From Eledone cirrhosa (lineage: Eukaryota), in contig OZ024740.1 of the NCBI GenBank assembly GCA_964016885.1, positions 132,990,001 to 133,054,000 on the forward strand: a stretch of 64,000 nucleotides of DNA. The letters run 5' to 3'. The translations under genes were made by a program, and so were the position numbers. Of this stretch, positions 13,400 to 27,443 are shown one piece after another. The notes beneath the pieces were generated by a model, which made no database searches, had not been told where the DNA came from, and was given only the letters and a program-made list of their open reading frames with translations. Position 1 is the stretch's first letter, and each line of letters starts with the position of its first letter.

Positions 13400-15193
13400 T
13401 CAGGAAGCGTTCTTAAATCGGCACTTCGCCATACCCAAATAAGATTTGATCTCAACAGCACTTACAGACACTTGGCCAAAAACGCTTTAACATCCAAATA
13501 TAAGAAAGCTAATTCTATGGCCTACTACAAAATTAACACTGAAGCTAAAGAACTTGCCGCCGCCGTTAAGGTAGATAAGAAGCTACAATCTCTAGCTAAG
13601 GAGGAGGCGTTCCTCACCCTGAAAGATCACAAGGTAGACTTTAGTTCTAACCCCACATGTAGACTACTAAACCCGGCACGGACAGATATGGGACTAGTCA
13701 GTAAGGTCATACTTAGGACAAATAGTTACGACCATTAGGACCAAGTCCAACCTGTCCCAGTGGGAGAACAGCGACTCCGTAATTAAGTGGTTTAACTCCT
13801 GAAAATCCAAAAAAGCGAAGTTCACACAGTTTGACATTGTTGAATTTTACCCGTCGATCTCAGAGACCCTGTTAAACAAAGCTTGGATTCGCTACCACTT
13901 ACACCACCGTCCATGATTTAGACAGGGAAATCATCGCTCACTGTCGGAAAACCTTCCTCTTCAACAACGAAGTAGCTTGGGCAAAGAAGTCAAAAACTTC
14001 AGACCTGTTCTACGTCTCCGTGGGATCGTTTGACAGTGCTGACTATAACGACTTGGTTGGCCTATTTATTTTTGACTTATTACGTGTTAGATTCCCGGAC
14101 TTCCACACGGGAATATGCCACGACGATGGACTGACTTTATCCAACCATAAAAGTGGTCACGACCTCGACCGGTTTAAAAAAGACTTAGCTTCTACCTTCA
14201 ATTAGTTATGACTTAGGATAACAGTAGCTACCAACCTCTTTAGCGTAGATTTCTTAGAATTTAAATTTGAGCTTCGCAGACACACATACAGAACCTTCCA
14301 TAAGCTGAACGAAAAACTCAATTACATTCACAAGGACTCATGCCACGCTCCCACTTGTTTTAGAAACTTCGTAAAAAATATCAGTACTAGAATCTCAAAT
14401 CTCTCCTCTAATAAGGCTATCTTTGACAGAGCGGCACCCTAATATAACACGGCGTTAGCTAACAGCGGCTTCTCGCAACCTATCACTTACTCACCTACTA
14501 ACAACAACAGCAATAAGAAAACAAAGCTTAACATTGGACAAACTATCTGGTTCTCTCCTTCCTTCTGACTCAACGTTAAAACCAATGTAGGCAAAACATT
14601 TCTAGCCCTCTTAGATAGACACATTCCCATAGGTCATAAATACCGCTCCATCTTTAACTGACACAAAGTAAAACTCAGATACTCCTGCGCTAAGAACATG
14701 AAGGCCCACATCACCAACAGCCCTAAGAGCAACACACCACCATGGTGCTCCTGCCGTAAGCCTGAAATTTGTCCCCTTCAACAGCAATGCAACACACCCG
14801 CTGTAGTTTATGAAGCTGTGGTCACTTCCAACGACCATATCAACCACAATAGGTCAAATCCTATGTGGGTATGGGGGAGGGTCGATTTAAGGAACACTTC
14901 TTGAACCACCAGTCGACCTTTACAGTACCGGATAGACGTTCCTCCACGAAACTCGCGAGCCACGTATGGTCCCTCAAGGACTCAAGTATAGACTACTCCA
15001 TTCAATGGAAAACCATCACGAAGTCCAGCCATACGCAAAGGGCAATCCGTCGTTTGGACTATGTATTGATGAACGAATAAATATTTTAAAGAGATTATGC
15101 AAAAGTGATTGCCTAAACACGAGAAATCAATTCTTCACACGTTGTCCACCCGTCTGGAAACACCTCTTACTTAACTATAAATCTCCGGATTGA
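13400..15193 (+). pseudogene. PLE reverse transcriptase / GIY-YIG ORF, disrupted
   Basis: AFLTLKDHK..F..NPTCRLLNPA, FDIVEFYPSI, GSFDSA, GICHDDGL, CSCRKPEICPL, VVYEAVV, GRFKEHFLNHQSTF, GLCIDER..LNTRNQFFTRCP; several stops and frameshifts. Confidence 0.9.
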
Positions 15194-15344
15194 ATTACAA
15201 CATCCAACATCCTAATTTTCTTATCGACTAGAAAGTTTCGGACAGACTTTCGCAGTTATATCTTACACCTCTCGCACGCAATTGATGATTGCGCATGCGC
15301 GTTCCTACGGTTGTCCTTCCTGTTCCGTATAACCATGTCCATTA

Positions 15345-15382
15345 CGAGCTGAGCATCCGCTAAGGTGAAACAATTGTTCTCG
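15345..15382 (+). ncRNA. Hammerhead in right pLTR (CTGAGCA variant)
   Basis: cgag-CTGAGCA-tccgctaaggt-GAAACaattGTT-ctcg. Confidence 0.65.
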
Positions 15383-15414
15383 GCATGGTGCACTAACTGT
15401 TGTGTAACCACTTC

Positions 15415-15585
<171 letters not shown>

Positions 15586-16339
15586 TTTATTGGCAGTCGC
15601 AGTATGCCAACGTTTAAGCATAATAGAGTTATATTGGAATACATATATCAGAATATATTATACATTTATATACAATAAAAATATTGATAGCCTTGCTATC
15701 AAAGAAAAATAGCTTTTCGTAACGACACAATTTATTTTTCTGTGTTTTCTCCCGTTCATATATAACAGAGTTTCGAATATGTTTTGCGAATATCAGACAG
15801 TGATGTTTCCAGGATATTTAATGTTCCATCTGTAGCCTTCACTAAACTCTTACAGGCTTGGAATTAGACTAGAAGCTTTATAGAATTTTAAGTGATGAAC
15901 ATTTGCTGAAAATGCTTATTTGCATATACACCACCTAGAAAAACTTGTTTGCATACAGTGCATATATGTATGTGCGAGCATATACTTATGTGTATGCGTG
16001 TCTATATGTGTTTATATGTACATGTATATGATAGGATATATCGATGTACAAAAGAAATAATTATGCAGTAGCAAATATCTACATCTGATACACTTTTGTA
16101 GAATATGAACGGAAATTATTCTGTTATATCCTATTACCCAATTGTGTATTGCAAAGAATGTTTATTTCATCAATACGCTCATTTTAGAATGAGTGTTGAA
16201 CTAAACCAACGTTATTCAGCATGACATATATGATTTCTAAACAAATATAGTTACCCACGTGATGTTATAATTTATATATTGCTCACATCCTATCTTGTCG
16301 ATCAACCTTGCCTGTTCAATCCTTCCATATTGAATGCTT

Positions 16340-16490
16340 CAATTTAGGAACAAAGCTAGAAATTTAGGGATGGAGAAAGTCAATTAAATATATATGAATC
16401 ATTGACAGGTACTTGGTTTTATTGATCTCTCAACGATAAAAGTTAATGTCGATTTTAACTCAGAATGTAAAAATGCTGAAAATTAATGAA
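16340..16490 (-). mobile_element. Old degenerate SINE copy
   Basis: ggtacttggttttattgatctctcaacgataaaagttaatgtcga resembles the reverse complement of the SINE body. Confidence 0.4.
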
Positions 16491-18606
16491 AGCCAATTCG
16501 TCCTAACCTGAAATGATTCGATTAGTCCATCGTGCCTTTTCAAATGTTTAATAATGCAAATAGAATCCTGCATTTTGGAAAGCAATATAAGAATTGTTTT
16601 GGTGTAGAGACGTATAATAATTTTATACTAACATATTTATTAAACAAAAAATAAATATGTGTTTCATACCTGCATGTGTCTGTCTATATCATATATAAAA
16701 AACACAAACCCTCCATCTCAAATCTACTTTTGAAAAGAAGAAGAACTGCGAACCAAATAATATATATTTTCTTTTAAAAAGACACCGGTTGCGTTTTCGA
16801 TTTCATATTTTTCCTTATACATATATATATATATATATATACTTAAGTTAAACATTGATTCAAAAAAACCACTCAACGTACTTTTTCCACATAGGAGTGA
16901 CGGAGTATATATCGAATGAGAAAAAGCGAAGTAGTTTCAGATGTTAAAGTCCTTTAATGATAATGCTGTGATACATATTTCAATGGCGACAGTGGCCACA
17001 CGATTCGGTGCGCCAGTGCCGTGACATCATCAGACAGCTCCTTACATAATAAGGTTATGTTTCCCAGGCAATCCAAATTGAATCGATATAGGAACGGACA
17101 AAGTGTGTGCTCTTGAATTCTTCGCTCGTTCCCCTGTAAGTCCCAATTCACCCCCACCGGTCTGAGCAGGCGCAAGTCCGAAGGAAGTTGCCCATCAACT
17201 ACCTCAAAGTTCTACGAAACTCGCCTAGTCAGGTCCTCCTCTCAACCAAACAATCACCCCATCCAGGTCTGTAATATGACACGATCATAGTTTACTGCTA
17301 GCCACCCTGCCAGTAGTATTTGGCCGTAAGCTAGTGGGGGTGGGAGAGTATGAGTTTCTATAGGTCTTAATACTACCCCTAAATTAAGCATGGACAGTAG
17401 CATTCACCATCACCCGCTAAGAGAATATATACTTATTTCTAGATATGATGGTTTCACTGTGGAAATTATGATTGAGAATTAGAAATTAAAACTAAAAATT
17501 AAAAATTAAAAAAATTACAAGTTAAAGCCTTGATTGAAGTAAGTAAAAAAATATATGTACATATAATAACTAATAAATAGGGAGATGTTTAAATTGTAGT
17601 AAGAAGGATCAATATTACAGATATATTATCCATATATTGAACAATAGTACCGTACAGTAGAATGGAGGGTAAATTAGAGTATGAAACGTAGTAGTTAGGC
17701 AAATACATAGTTAATATCTCTATCACATGAATCAACACAAAAATTACAAAAAATACAAAAAGTACATAGATGCAAAATGAGATAGGCGGTGTATATGTAA
17801 AATGCGATAGGAGATATATATGAGAAACATATTCGAGGAAGGTAATCGGTATGGAAATGAGGGTATATGTGGTTAAAATGATTGTCAATTTTGTCTATTT
17901 AAAGTGCATATAAAAATTCGTTATCTGATGAAGTGAGGGGGCTTCCATTCGAGGGTGGAGTCCGAAAGAGTCCACAGTGGAACTGCAGCAGCATTGGTGT
18001 GGCTGCCGGAAGCCCTAGAGATTTTGAATTACTGTTTACTACCCAATTCTAAATTTCAAATTCTTTTATTTATTTAGTATCTTCTATCCTCAACTTATTA
18101 ACCTACTCTATAGCATTGGCCGAAAACGCAAGACAACTAAATATAGCAGCTGTTTTAGACTTTACAGTTATTTTATCACTTCTTACTATCCAATTTTATA
18201 TGTTTATATATCTTTATCTTATTTAATTTATTATCTCCTAATCTCAATTGATTTACCTAATCTATAACGTCCCTTCTCTATTTTCACCAGAACCCTTTTT
18301 CGCTTACTCCTCTGGCCTAGTTTCATACGCAATCCTTAGAATTTGCTGTATAGATTTCACTTTCAACGCTTGACCGGCTCCACCCACTCCCTCATTGTTC
18401 TACAGGCAATTTCAGCCACCACCTGCCTTGATAGACTTAATTGTGTTTACAAGAAATGTTGACCAATCCTCTTGACAACTACAATCTTCCCATATAAGAA
18501 TTACCCCTTGAAAGGTTCGGCTATTTATTTACCAGGCTAAAATTTCTAATTTATTCCAGAAATAGCCGTCGAAACGGCTGCCGTCGGGGTCATACATTTT
18601 CCTATC

Positions 18607-18642
<36 letters not shown>

Positions 18643-18909
18643 ATGTGTGTATATATATATGTATATATATATATATATATATATGTCTATGTGTGTGTAT
18701 GTGTATGCATGTATGTGTCTGTGTGTGTGAGAGAGAGAGAGAGAGAGTAAGCAAGTGAGTGGTGTGGTGTATTCAAGTGTAAGTGCATTCATGTGTGATG
18801 ATTTGTTATCGTAAGTTCTAATTCACTGCAGTCATCTTCAACCTCAAAACATTTGATCCCACGCATCTTTGGTTCACTGTATATTCATTTGTTAATCAAT
18901 CAACTTTAA

Positions 18910-19150
18910 ATTTATGAACATGGCAGATAGAACGTCCGGAACGACAGGAAGACCTCGGAGTTTTTGTGCGAAACACTACTACAAATTTGGCTCGCACAAG
19001 AAGATCCGGGACAATTTTCACGCATTTTTTTTTAACGGACAAACCAATATACAACACAAGGCGAAGAAGCCTGGGATCTATGGGAGTACAAATAACCCTA
19101 TTGTAGTGCCATTTCACCATGTGATGTAAGGCAGGAGACTGAATGAAGGG
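18910..19150 (+). pseudogene. Possible Tc1/mariner-type transposase remnant
   Basis: HAFFFNGQTNIQ...IYGSTNNPIVVPFH resembles the EAHFxLNGxVNxQNxRIWGSENP...PLH segment of such transposases (from recall). Confidence 0.35.
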
Positions 19151-19899
19151 CACGATTTGCAGGAATAGTTGCAGTAATGAGACAACTTTAGCATTTCTTC
19201 ATCGGAAAATGTAAGGTGGTAATAAATCTTGTGTAATAACTGAATGATCACGATTACATGCGTCTGTATCGATGTGAGTTACCTCTATTACAGACTGTCA
19301 CACCTGTTTGTATTGAGTGAATTACTTACGATCATGTTATCTGATCGTTTTAAAGCTTTGGAGATCGAGGGAAGATGTTTTATTTTTAGCATTTTTCCGC
19401 CATTTTTAGCCCAACACCTTAATCATGTCCTCTTGATGTAAAATATGAAATAGCTTCTCTAGCAGAGTACAAATATATTGCCCTTTTTTAATTTGGCGCT
19501 GAGGCAATGAGATGAGATGGATTTTCGGTTGTCTGTTTTTAACACATTCGCCTGAGTGGTTCTTTAAGGCCCAAATGCTGATTAACAATTTCTAATACAT
19601 ATGATTAGCAAATTTTGATGGGATTGAAGACCTCCAGACGTTTTTTTTTTTTATGATTTCCTATTTAAATTGTTAAACTTCTAAAAACGAGTTGCGATGT
19701 CGATAGTGGAAAACTGTATCGGCTTTAGCCTTTCCCTTGGACAAGATCGATGGCGTTTAGAGAGGGAGGAGGGGCCTTGCATGAATAGGCGAGTACAAGT
19801 TTCCACAAACAAACTTGCCCGGACTTGTGGCTCGGAGGGGATCTTTCTAGGTGCAAATTCCATGTTCGTTCGTGACCGAAGGAGGTCTTTACACTATAC

Positions 19900-19949
<50 letters not shown>

Positions 19950-20170
19950 CGTTTCTGAATTTGTTTAGAGGTCAGAGAATGTATGGCGAAAGAATTTTGA
20001 CAATATATAAACAATCATCTGGTTGTTGAACCAACCAACCAACCAGAAATTTATAAATTTATAAATTTATAAATTTATTATAATAAATTGAAGTGAAGCA
20101 TCTGGTGCGTGTGTTTCTTATTGGCAACATGACCCTCCCAAAGTATAACAATATATATATATATATATTA

Positions 20171-20314
<144 letters not shown>

Positions 20315-20453
20315 CGTGTGTTGTTTCAAGGTAAATAACTTTGTGTCTACTCTCGGTTTTATAGATAACCTTAAAACTTGAGTACGCTGAGATGCAACCG
20401 GTACTAACAGGGAAACCTTATGCTAGTCCCCTCAACCTCTTATTATATATATA

Positions 20454-21062
20454 TTCTATTTCTAATTCTTCATTTTAATTTGTATATCACAGTTTCAAAA
20501 ACACAGCACACCATATTTCATTCCTATATGCTTTCCCCTTCGCTGTGACGTGTCTTTTTTGTTTTCCCTTACTGCTTTCCTCTTTCTCTCTCTCCATTCT
20601 CCTTCTCCCCTACTTTCATTCAGCCCCTCTGCTAGTCACCCTCTCTCGGCTATCCTCTTCCTCACACGTTCACACACTCATTCTCTGCTATTTACCCTCT
20701 CTCTGACTTCTTCCATCGTTCCACACCGTGCGAAATTCTTTCCTCGCTCATCACATTCGCACGGTTAAGATGTGTCTTTCGTCTTCTCGTCAATATTCGC
20801 AAGTTCTTATTTTCAAATGAATCATTGACTTGATTTTCTCATTTGTTCCTCTCTTTACGTTGCCTCACCATTCGTGTTTGTTTACCTGTCTCTCTTTCTT
20901 CACCCGATTGTTTTTATCCCAATAACTTATTTTAGTTATTGTTCGCGCTAGCCTGAGGTATCTGGTCTTTAATGCGAAGAAATACCTATGATCGTTAGTA
21001 GACCACTGATGATGGATAGTCTTGGCTTCTATTTCTAATTCTTCATTTTAATTTGTATATAT
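20454..21062 (+). mobile_element. PLE-like terminal repeat unit of the 10.7-kb palindrome family
   Basis: ttctatttctaattcttcattttaatttgtatat directly repeated at both ends; 20847-21062 matches 10897-11110. Confidence 0.7.
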
Positions 21063-21064
21063 AA

Positions 21065-21152
<88 letters not shown>

Positions 21153-21157
<5 letters not shown>

Positions 21158-21375
21158 GGAAAACGAAGAATTAGTGATGCATCGGAACTCAATTCATTAT
21201 GTATTAGAATTGATTGTTTCTCCGGCGAACAGCCATGTAAATAAATATAATGGATCGAACCTGACTCTGGATTTGCAAGTTCCTCAGATACATCTAGGGA
21301 TTTTGAAGCAAATTCTCCTTCTGCTGGGCTCCGAGCCTTCAAATGTTTATCATCTGCCATCATCCTGCTGCGTGT
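21153..21375. repeat. Dispersed repeat; inverted copy at 22785-23000
   Basis: Reverse-complement match; ORF track gives near-identical peptides ADDK..K.RSPAE.EFASKSLDV.EELANPESGSIH on opposite strands. Confidence 0.8.
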
Positions 21376-21657
21376 ATTAGAGGTTTTATGAATTGCCATG
21401 CCAATCCCTTGCTTGCCTGCCTCCCCATATTAAAATACACCCACACGCACATGTGCTCACACCTATATACAGGCATTAATCGTACACTTATCTGTGTAGA
21501 CCTACACACACACACACATAGAGCTTGCGTGTTTGCGTTCACCTCTCATATATAGGTACATTCATACGGAGACACATGCCCACACATACACCTAAGAGAC
21601 CCACGTATATACATATATCTATTCATACAGTCACACACACACACACACATACACACA

Positions 21658-21723
<66 letters not shown>

Positions 21724-21857
21724 GATAAATCTACCAAAAGTTTACGGTAGTGTCCAATCCGTATGAAGAACTCAATGTAATCCGGATATCATGAAAAGAG
21801 AAGATGCAATCAAAAACTACTTTCGGTGAAAAATAAACGGAAAACAGAGTCAAGATA

Positions 21858-22082
21858 AATTAATAAAATAATGAATAAACAAAGAACCAGTTCCTTATAT
21901 TAAAAAAATTCATATATATGTGTAGGTATGTATATTCCCTCTGATAGTTTGTATAAATATTGTACATAGATCTATAGAATATGCATACCAACTCTAACAC
22001 ATATATATCCTAGAAACGATCGTAAAATGATGAATTGTTTTAATATAAGGAACTGGTTCTTTGTTTATTCATTATTTTATTA

Positions 22083-22086
<4 letters not shown>
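21858..22086. repeat. Inverted repeat (about 57-bp arms) enclosing a degenerate HHR
   Basis: aattaataaaataatgaataaacaaagaaccagttccttatattaaaa and its reverse complement; inside CTGATAG...GAAACgatcGTA. Confidence 0.75.
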
Positions 22087-22132
<46 letters not shown>

Positions 22133-22243
22133 GTATGTAAATATACACTCACATATATTTTTATACACATGTGTACATATATACACATACATATATGCTC
22201 ACCCGTACATACACCCGCTTACTTATGCATTCATTCAATCATA

Positions 22244-22287
<44 letters not shown>

Positions 22288-22784
22288 AATATATATATAT
22301 ATACATTCACACACACACACACACGTATATATGCACTCACACCCATACATACATACACACATACACATACGCACATATATGAAAATAAACTGTATAACAA
22401 TATTTGGAAAGTGCATAGAATCATGTACATGATGCTGTACATCATTTAGTGCACAACGAAATATTACATCGGGAAATACGTGAAAAGTACAAAAAAGTAC
22501 ATATGGGGGATACGTCGATGAATGCATGCAACATCTCACATAGCGGTATATACGTATTGGCAGACACACTTTGAGGCACATGTTGTCTGAGTTAGCATTA
22601 AGGTGCGAACGTGAACCAACATATAGAAAACTTAAACAAAATTATATATGGGTATATATGTAATTTGGCGATGGGATTGGGCTGAGTGACAACTCACGCC
22701 TGAATGGAGATGACCAGTGGGCAGATTTCAATGGTCAAATACTATGATGACGTCACGAACTATCAACCAATCTAAGTGCCGCGC

Positions 22785-23000
22785 AAACAGGATGATAGCA
22801 GATGATAAAGATTCGAAGGGTCGGAGCCCAGCAGAAAGAGAATTTGCTTCGAAATCACTAGATGTATGTGAGGAACTTGCGAATCCAGAGTCAGGTTCGA
22901 TCCACAAACAGATCGCACCTCGAGCTGTTTGCCGGAGAAACAATTGTAATACTTAATGAATTGAGTTCCGAGGTATCACTGATTCTTTATTTTTCATATC
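22785..23000. repeat. Inverted partner of 21153-21375
   Basis: Reverse-complement match. Confidence 0.8.
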
Positions 23001-23049
23001 ATCATACTGTGCTCCGAAGGAGCATAGAGTGCTCAACCGTACGACATAT

Positions 23050-24163
23050 ATATATTTAATTAGAAAGTGAACAACACAAAATATAACTACTCCATTACTA
23101 AAGGTTGCTGGATCACAGACAATATTAATATACGTCTGGATTGGTCATCAGACAGAGATGTTATGGATAGAACATATGAAATGAGATTTAAAATCTGTTA
23201 AATAGGCTGGAAAATTAACGGGAAATAGACATAAGAAAAATATATAAAAAAGTTTAAGAAAAATAATATATAAAAATATATAAAGCAATGTATAAAAACG
23301 AATATGTCTATATACACATTTGTTATATTTATTTACATTTTTACTCATGAGTTCGCAGTCTTGTTCAATTCAACTTTTTGATCCCCTAGGGCCCTCAAAA
23401 CTGCGTTTTTTCAGCTTTTTAGGGCTTTTTGGAGGCGTTACGTCTAGCCGATTTCCGGGAAATTATTTTCTTGATCCTCTAGGGCCCGCATTAGGTGAAA
23501 ACCGGGATTTTTCCTGCTTCATCGAGGAAAATCTTAAAGATTATCCAACCATCAGCGTATTGGGTTTATTTTCTTTACATATTGTCCAGGCATGCAGTGT
23601 TTCCACGATTAGGTCTGTTGGCGGCCCGCGTTCCATAATACCCGTGCAACGCCGGGTACCACTGCAAACAAATTCAACTTTTTGATCTCCTAGGGCCCGC
23701 ATTAGGTGAAAATCTTCGTTTTTTCCAGCTTTTTAGGGTTTTTTTTAGGCGTTACGTCAGACCGATTTCCTTGAAATTGTAACTATGTATTAGTCAGTCT
23801 CTTCTGCATACCGAGTGCCAAGAAAATCCAACTTTTTATGGCTTTATTGGGTGAAAAACTTCATTTTTTCTGCTTTATAGGGCTCTTTTTAGGCATTACA
23901 TCTAGCCGAATTTCCCGAAATTTTAAGGCATGTTATGCACATAAAAAAAATTCATTTTCTTGTTTCCCTAGGGCCCGCAGTAGATGAAAACTTGCGTTTT
24001 TCCTGCTTCATCGAGGACAATCTTAAAGATTATCCAGCCATCAGAGTATTCGGTTTATTTTCTTTACATATTGTCCAGGCATGCAGTTTTTCCACGATTA
24101 GGTCTGTTGGCGGCCCGCGTCCCACAATACCTTATCCCGTGCAACGCCGGGTACCACTGCTAG
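23050..24163 (+). mobile_element. Non-autonomous Helitron-like element with duplicated 3' module
   Basis: Subterminal hairpin cccgtgcaacgccggg then CTAG^T at 24160-24164; earlier copy at 23641 lacks CTAG; internal ctagggccc repeats; 5' end uncertain. Confidence 0.65.
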
Positions 24164-24312
24164 TAAGTTAGAAAAGTATATAAATATAACAAATACGCGT
24201 GCACATTCGTATATATAAATGTATATACACAAACATATATATATATATGCACATATACATGCACATACACATATACACATATATATACACACATACATAC
24301 ACACACACATAT

Positions 24313-24406
<94 letters not shown>

Positions 24407-24749
24407 ATATGTTTGTATATGTATTTTTCCATCATGGATCACAGGCTTCGTGCACCTGGACTGAACAAAGTCTGATTCACCGCCTTGGGTCCTATTTCTC
24501 TCTTGGACTCAACTCACCTTCCCAATTTCTTTAATACTCCGTCCATTAACACACGCGCTTGTACATTTACTCCTAGATTCCTATCGCTCTCTCTTGATCA
24601 TTAACATCTTCTCGTACAACTAATACAGACCGACTATATATGCTCACTCCACTTTTCCCCTCACAGCTCTGTATATACACACATACTCATCCTTATATTA
24701 ACATAACTTTGCTCATACCTTCGTACTTACACTTACATGCACACACACA

Positions 24750-24846
<97 letters not shown>

Positions 24847-25073
24847 CTTACGCACGTGCACAAGTATAGCTTTGTTACAAAACGGTGTTTGTCCATTTCA
24901 GGTAGACGCGCTCCATCATCCACTTTTCTAAAAAAATAAATCATGCACAAAATGCCAGCACCAACAGTTTGCAATAGATGTCAACATGAATGGACCTGTT
25001 ATTTTTATCTAAAGACATTTTTTTCAAAATACAACCCTCCCTTTCCCACAATCTATCTTATTTCTCATTCTTT

Positions 25074-25108
25074 CTTCTGGTGAAGGATCGGTATCCGAAA
25101 AGGTAAGA
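25074..25108 (+). ncRNA. Degenerate minimal hammerhead
   Basis: ctt-CTGGTGA-a-ggat(cggt)atcc-GAAAagGTA-aga; core and stem III substitutions. Confidence 0.45.
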
Positions 25109-25192
25109 CCTTCTTCCTGCTATTTCAAGCGTTAACCTGATATATTCTTTCCATATACTGTCCCGATTGTGTTGTTATTTCTGTTTACCTTT

Positions 25193-25236
<44 letters not shown>

Positions 25237-25489
25237 TACAAACACAGACGTACACACACACATATATAAATATATATATAAATAAAAATAAAATGTCTAT
25301 ACATATATAAATGCACACATACATATAAACACTTACATAAACATACATATGCATACATGCACACGTACATACATACATTAGCGCGTACTTACGGCCATAC
25401 AATTGTATGCATACATACACATGGTCAACTTCAAAAATACATATATGGATGGGTTAAGGATTAAGAGGTCTCACTAAATGAGTGAAAAA

Positions 25490-25875
25490 TAAAAATATAA
25501 CTGTGGTGTAAAATAAGTGTTGAAAGTATGTGATAAAGATCCAGGGTGGTTCAAATAAGGGAGAATATTCAGGAAATGATGAAGTCAATAAGTGAATAAT
25601 ATAAGTGTAAAATAAAATGAAATAAGTGTTGAATATGTAAAAAAGTTCAGGGTATTTAAAATAAGAGAGAAGCTTCGTGGTTAAAATAATAGACAGTGTT
25701 CAAGGTAAAAGTAAATGAAGAAATGGATAAAATATGTGTAATATAAAATAAAAGTGTTGAAAGTATGTGGTAAAGGGCTAGGGTGGTAAAAATAAGAGAG
25801 AGTGTTCAGAAATTAATGAAGTCAATAAGTGAATAATATAAGTGTAAAATAAGTGTTGAATATGTAAAAAGGGTA
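25490..25875. repeat. Degenerate tandem repeat (aaataagtgttgaa subunits)
   Basis: Block gtgttgaaagtatgtg...tgaagtcaataagtgaataatataagtgtaaaata occurs twice about 240 bp apart. Confidence 0.6.
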
Positions 25876-26339
25876 CGTATAGCATATTTGATATCAAAAC
25901 ATTTTGAAGACCATTCGCTATGAATTTTCAAGTAGTGAATATGTCACTTACTTACTCTCTGCAAAAACAAAGTGGAGTGATCGATAGTCATGTTTCTCGC
26001 TCGTTAGCGGTTATTGACACAACTTACTCCTTCTGTCGGGAATTATAGCGGCTGGATTCTTATAGAATTCCAGTATTGTTTAAAAGCAGATTAAAGAGGG
26101 CGGTTGCCGGTTCAACACAAATTAGGTATTAGTATCGGTGCTTTGGAATACCGATGTATAGTATATTTGATGATATACTGTATGTTTAAATATTCCATTT
26201 TGTTACTGCCGAGAATATGGGCTTCAAAATGTATTTCATTAAACATACAGTGTATTGATAATTTACTATACATACTTTCATATATACATCGCTATTTTAG
26301 AGAACCAATACTAATGTATGTATATATATATATATATAG

Positions 26340-26715
26340 GTAAGTTATTCCGGGTTGAATCGGAGGTAACGACAGTAAGTAGGGTACTCAATACATAGCA
26401 GAGTATAAAAGTTTTAATATAGAAGAGATTCTACAGGACTAGAACTGTTTTATTCGTGAGAAATCATCAGGAATCTGACTGACCAAGTATATATGGTGGT
26501 ATTTATATCTTTTTCTGGTGGTAGGAGAGGGGGGGGGGAGTGGGATGGGTGGAGGATATTGTTTGAAAGAAAAGGGAATTCATTAAAAGCTAATTCTTTA
26601 AAGCTATAATATATATTTAGAGTGACAAACGCAGAATGAATTCTATAAACAAGTTCAAATTATAGGTGCCTCTCCTTATTGTCAAGTTTCTCTTAAGCTA
26701 TATTTCAGGTGTCTA
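26340..26715 (-). mobile_element. PLE terminal repeat, same family as 1543-1930; HHR at 26426-26476 has GAAA>AAAA
   Basis: gttattccgggttgaatcggaggtaac...agattctacaggactagaactgttt...aaatcatcaggaatct. Confidence 0.8.
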
Positions 26716-26740
26716 CAAGCACATTAACACACACATACAT

Positions 26741-26828
<88 letters not shown>

Positions 26829-26830
<2 letters not shown>

Positions 26831-27336
26831 CTAGGTAGGTAACTTATTAAAGTTTAACCAGAACTTCAAACATAGATACCTTTTAAAATTATTAATCTCC
26901 TTTGTATATATTTCTTTAAATAAAAAATATATTTCACCAATTAATCAGTAAATCACAGAGGTCAAATCCTGGATGGTCACCAAGGGGGAAGATCCAACCA
27001 TCTGTGTTTACACAACAAACGCAAATCTGTGAATGACTCGAACCATGTGTTGCATTTTATAAAAAATACAGACATCGCACCGCGTAATCCCAGTGGCGTG
27101 AATAGGATTATCGACAGCAAGAAATAGCAGCCGAGTCCATTCAACTGAATTAGCTCTACAATCAAGGTGCCGTATATATATCCAAAATTAAATTAAGGTT
27201 TTCATGTCTGAGAGACATGCGCCATATTCACTGCAGAATAAGCTCAAAGATTCCAATGAATAGATCCGAGCATTTTATATCAACTAGAAATAGATTGATG
27301 ATACATATATATATAAAATAAACATATGAAACAATC
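26829..27336 (-). repeat. Diverged inverted copy of the 569-bp unit
   Basis: Reverse complement of blocks in 27873-29000 (tagctaggtaggtaact, gccatat, agtggcgtgaatagg). Confidence 0.7.
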
Positions 27337-27341
27337 TCAGG

Positions 27342-27433
<92 letters not shown>

Positions 27434-27443
27434 TTATATATAG

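Larger units (their letters stand above)
12887..15412 (+). mobile_element. Penelope-like retroelement with inverted pseudo-LTRs
   Basis: 12887-13310 is the reverse complement of about 14975-15410; internal decayed RT + GIY-YIG; HHR in each repeat; (TA)n flanks. Confidence 0.9.

Noticed and set aside
21043-21399. Repeated peptide ADDK..RSPAE.EFASKSLDV.EELANPESGSIH as a gene family
   Set aside because: Arises from two copies of one dispersed repeat; frames run into microsatellite
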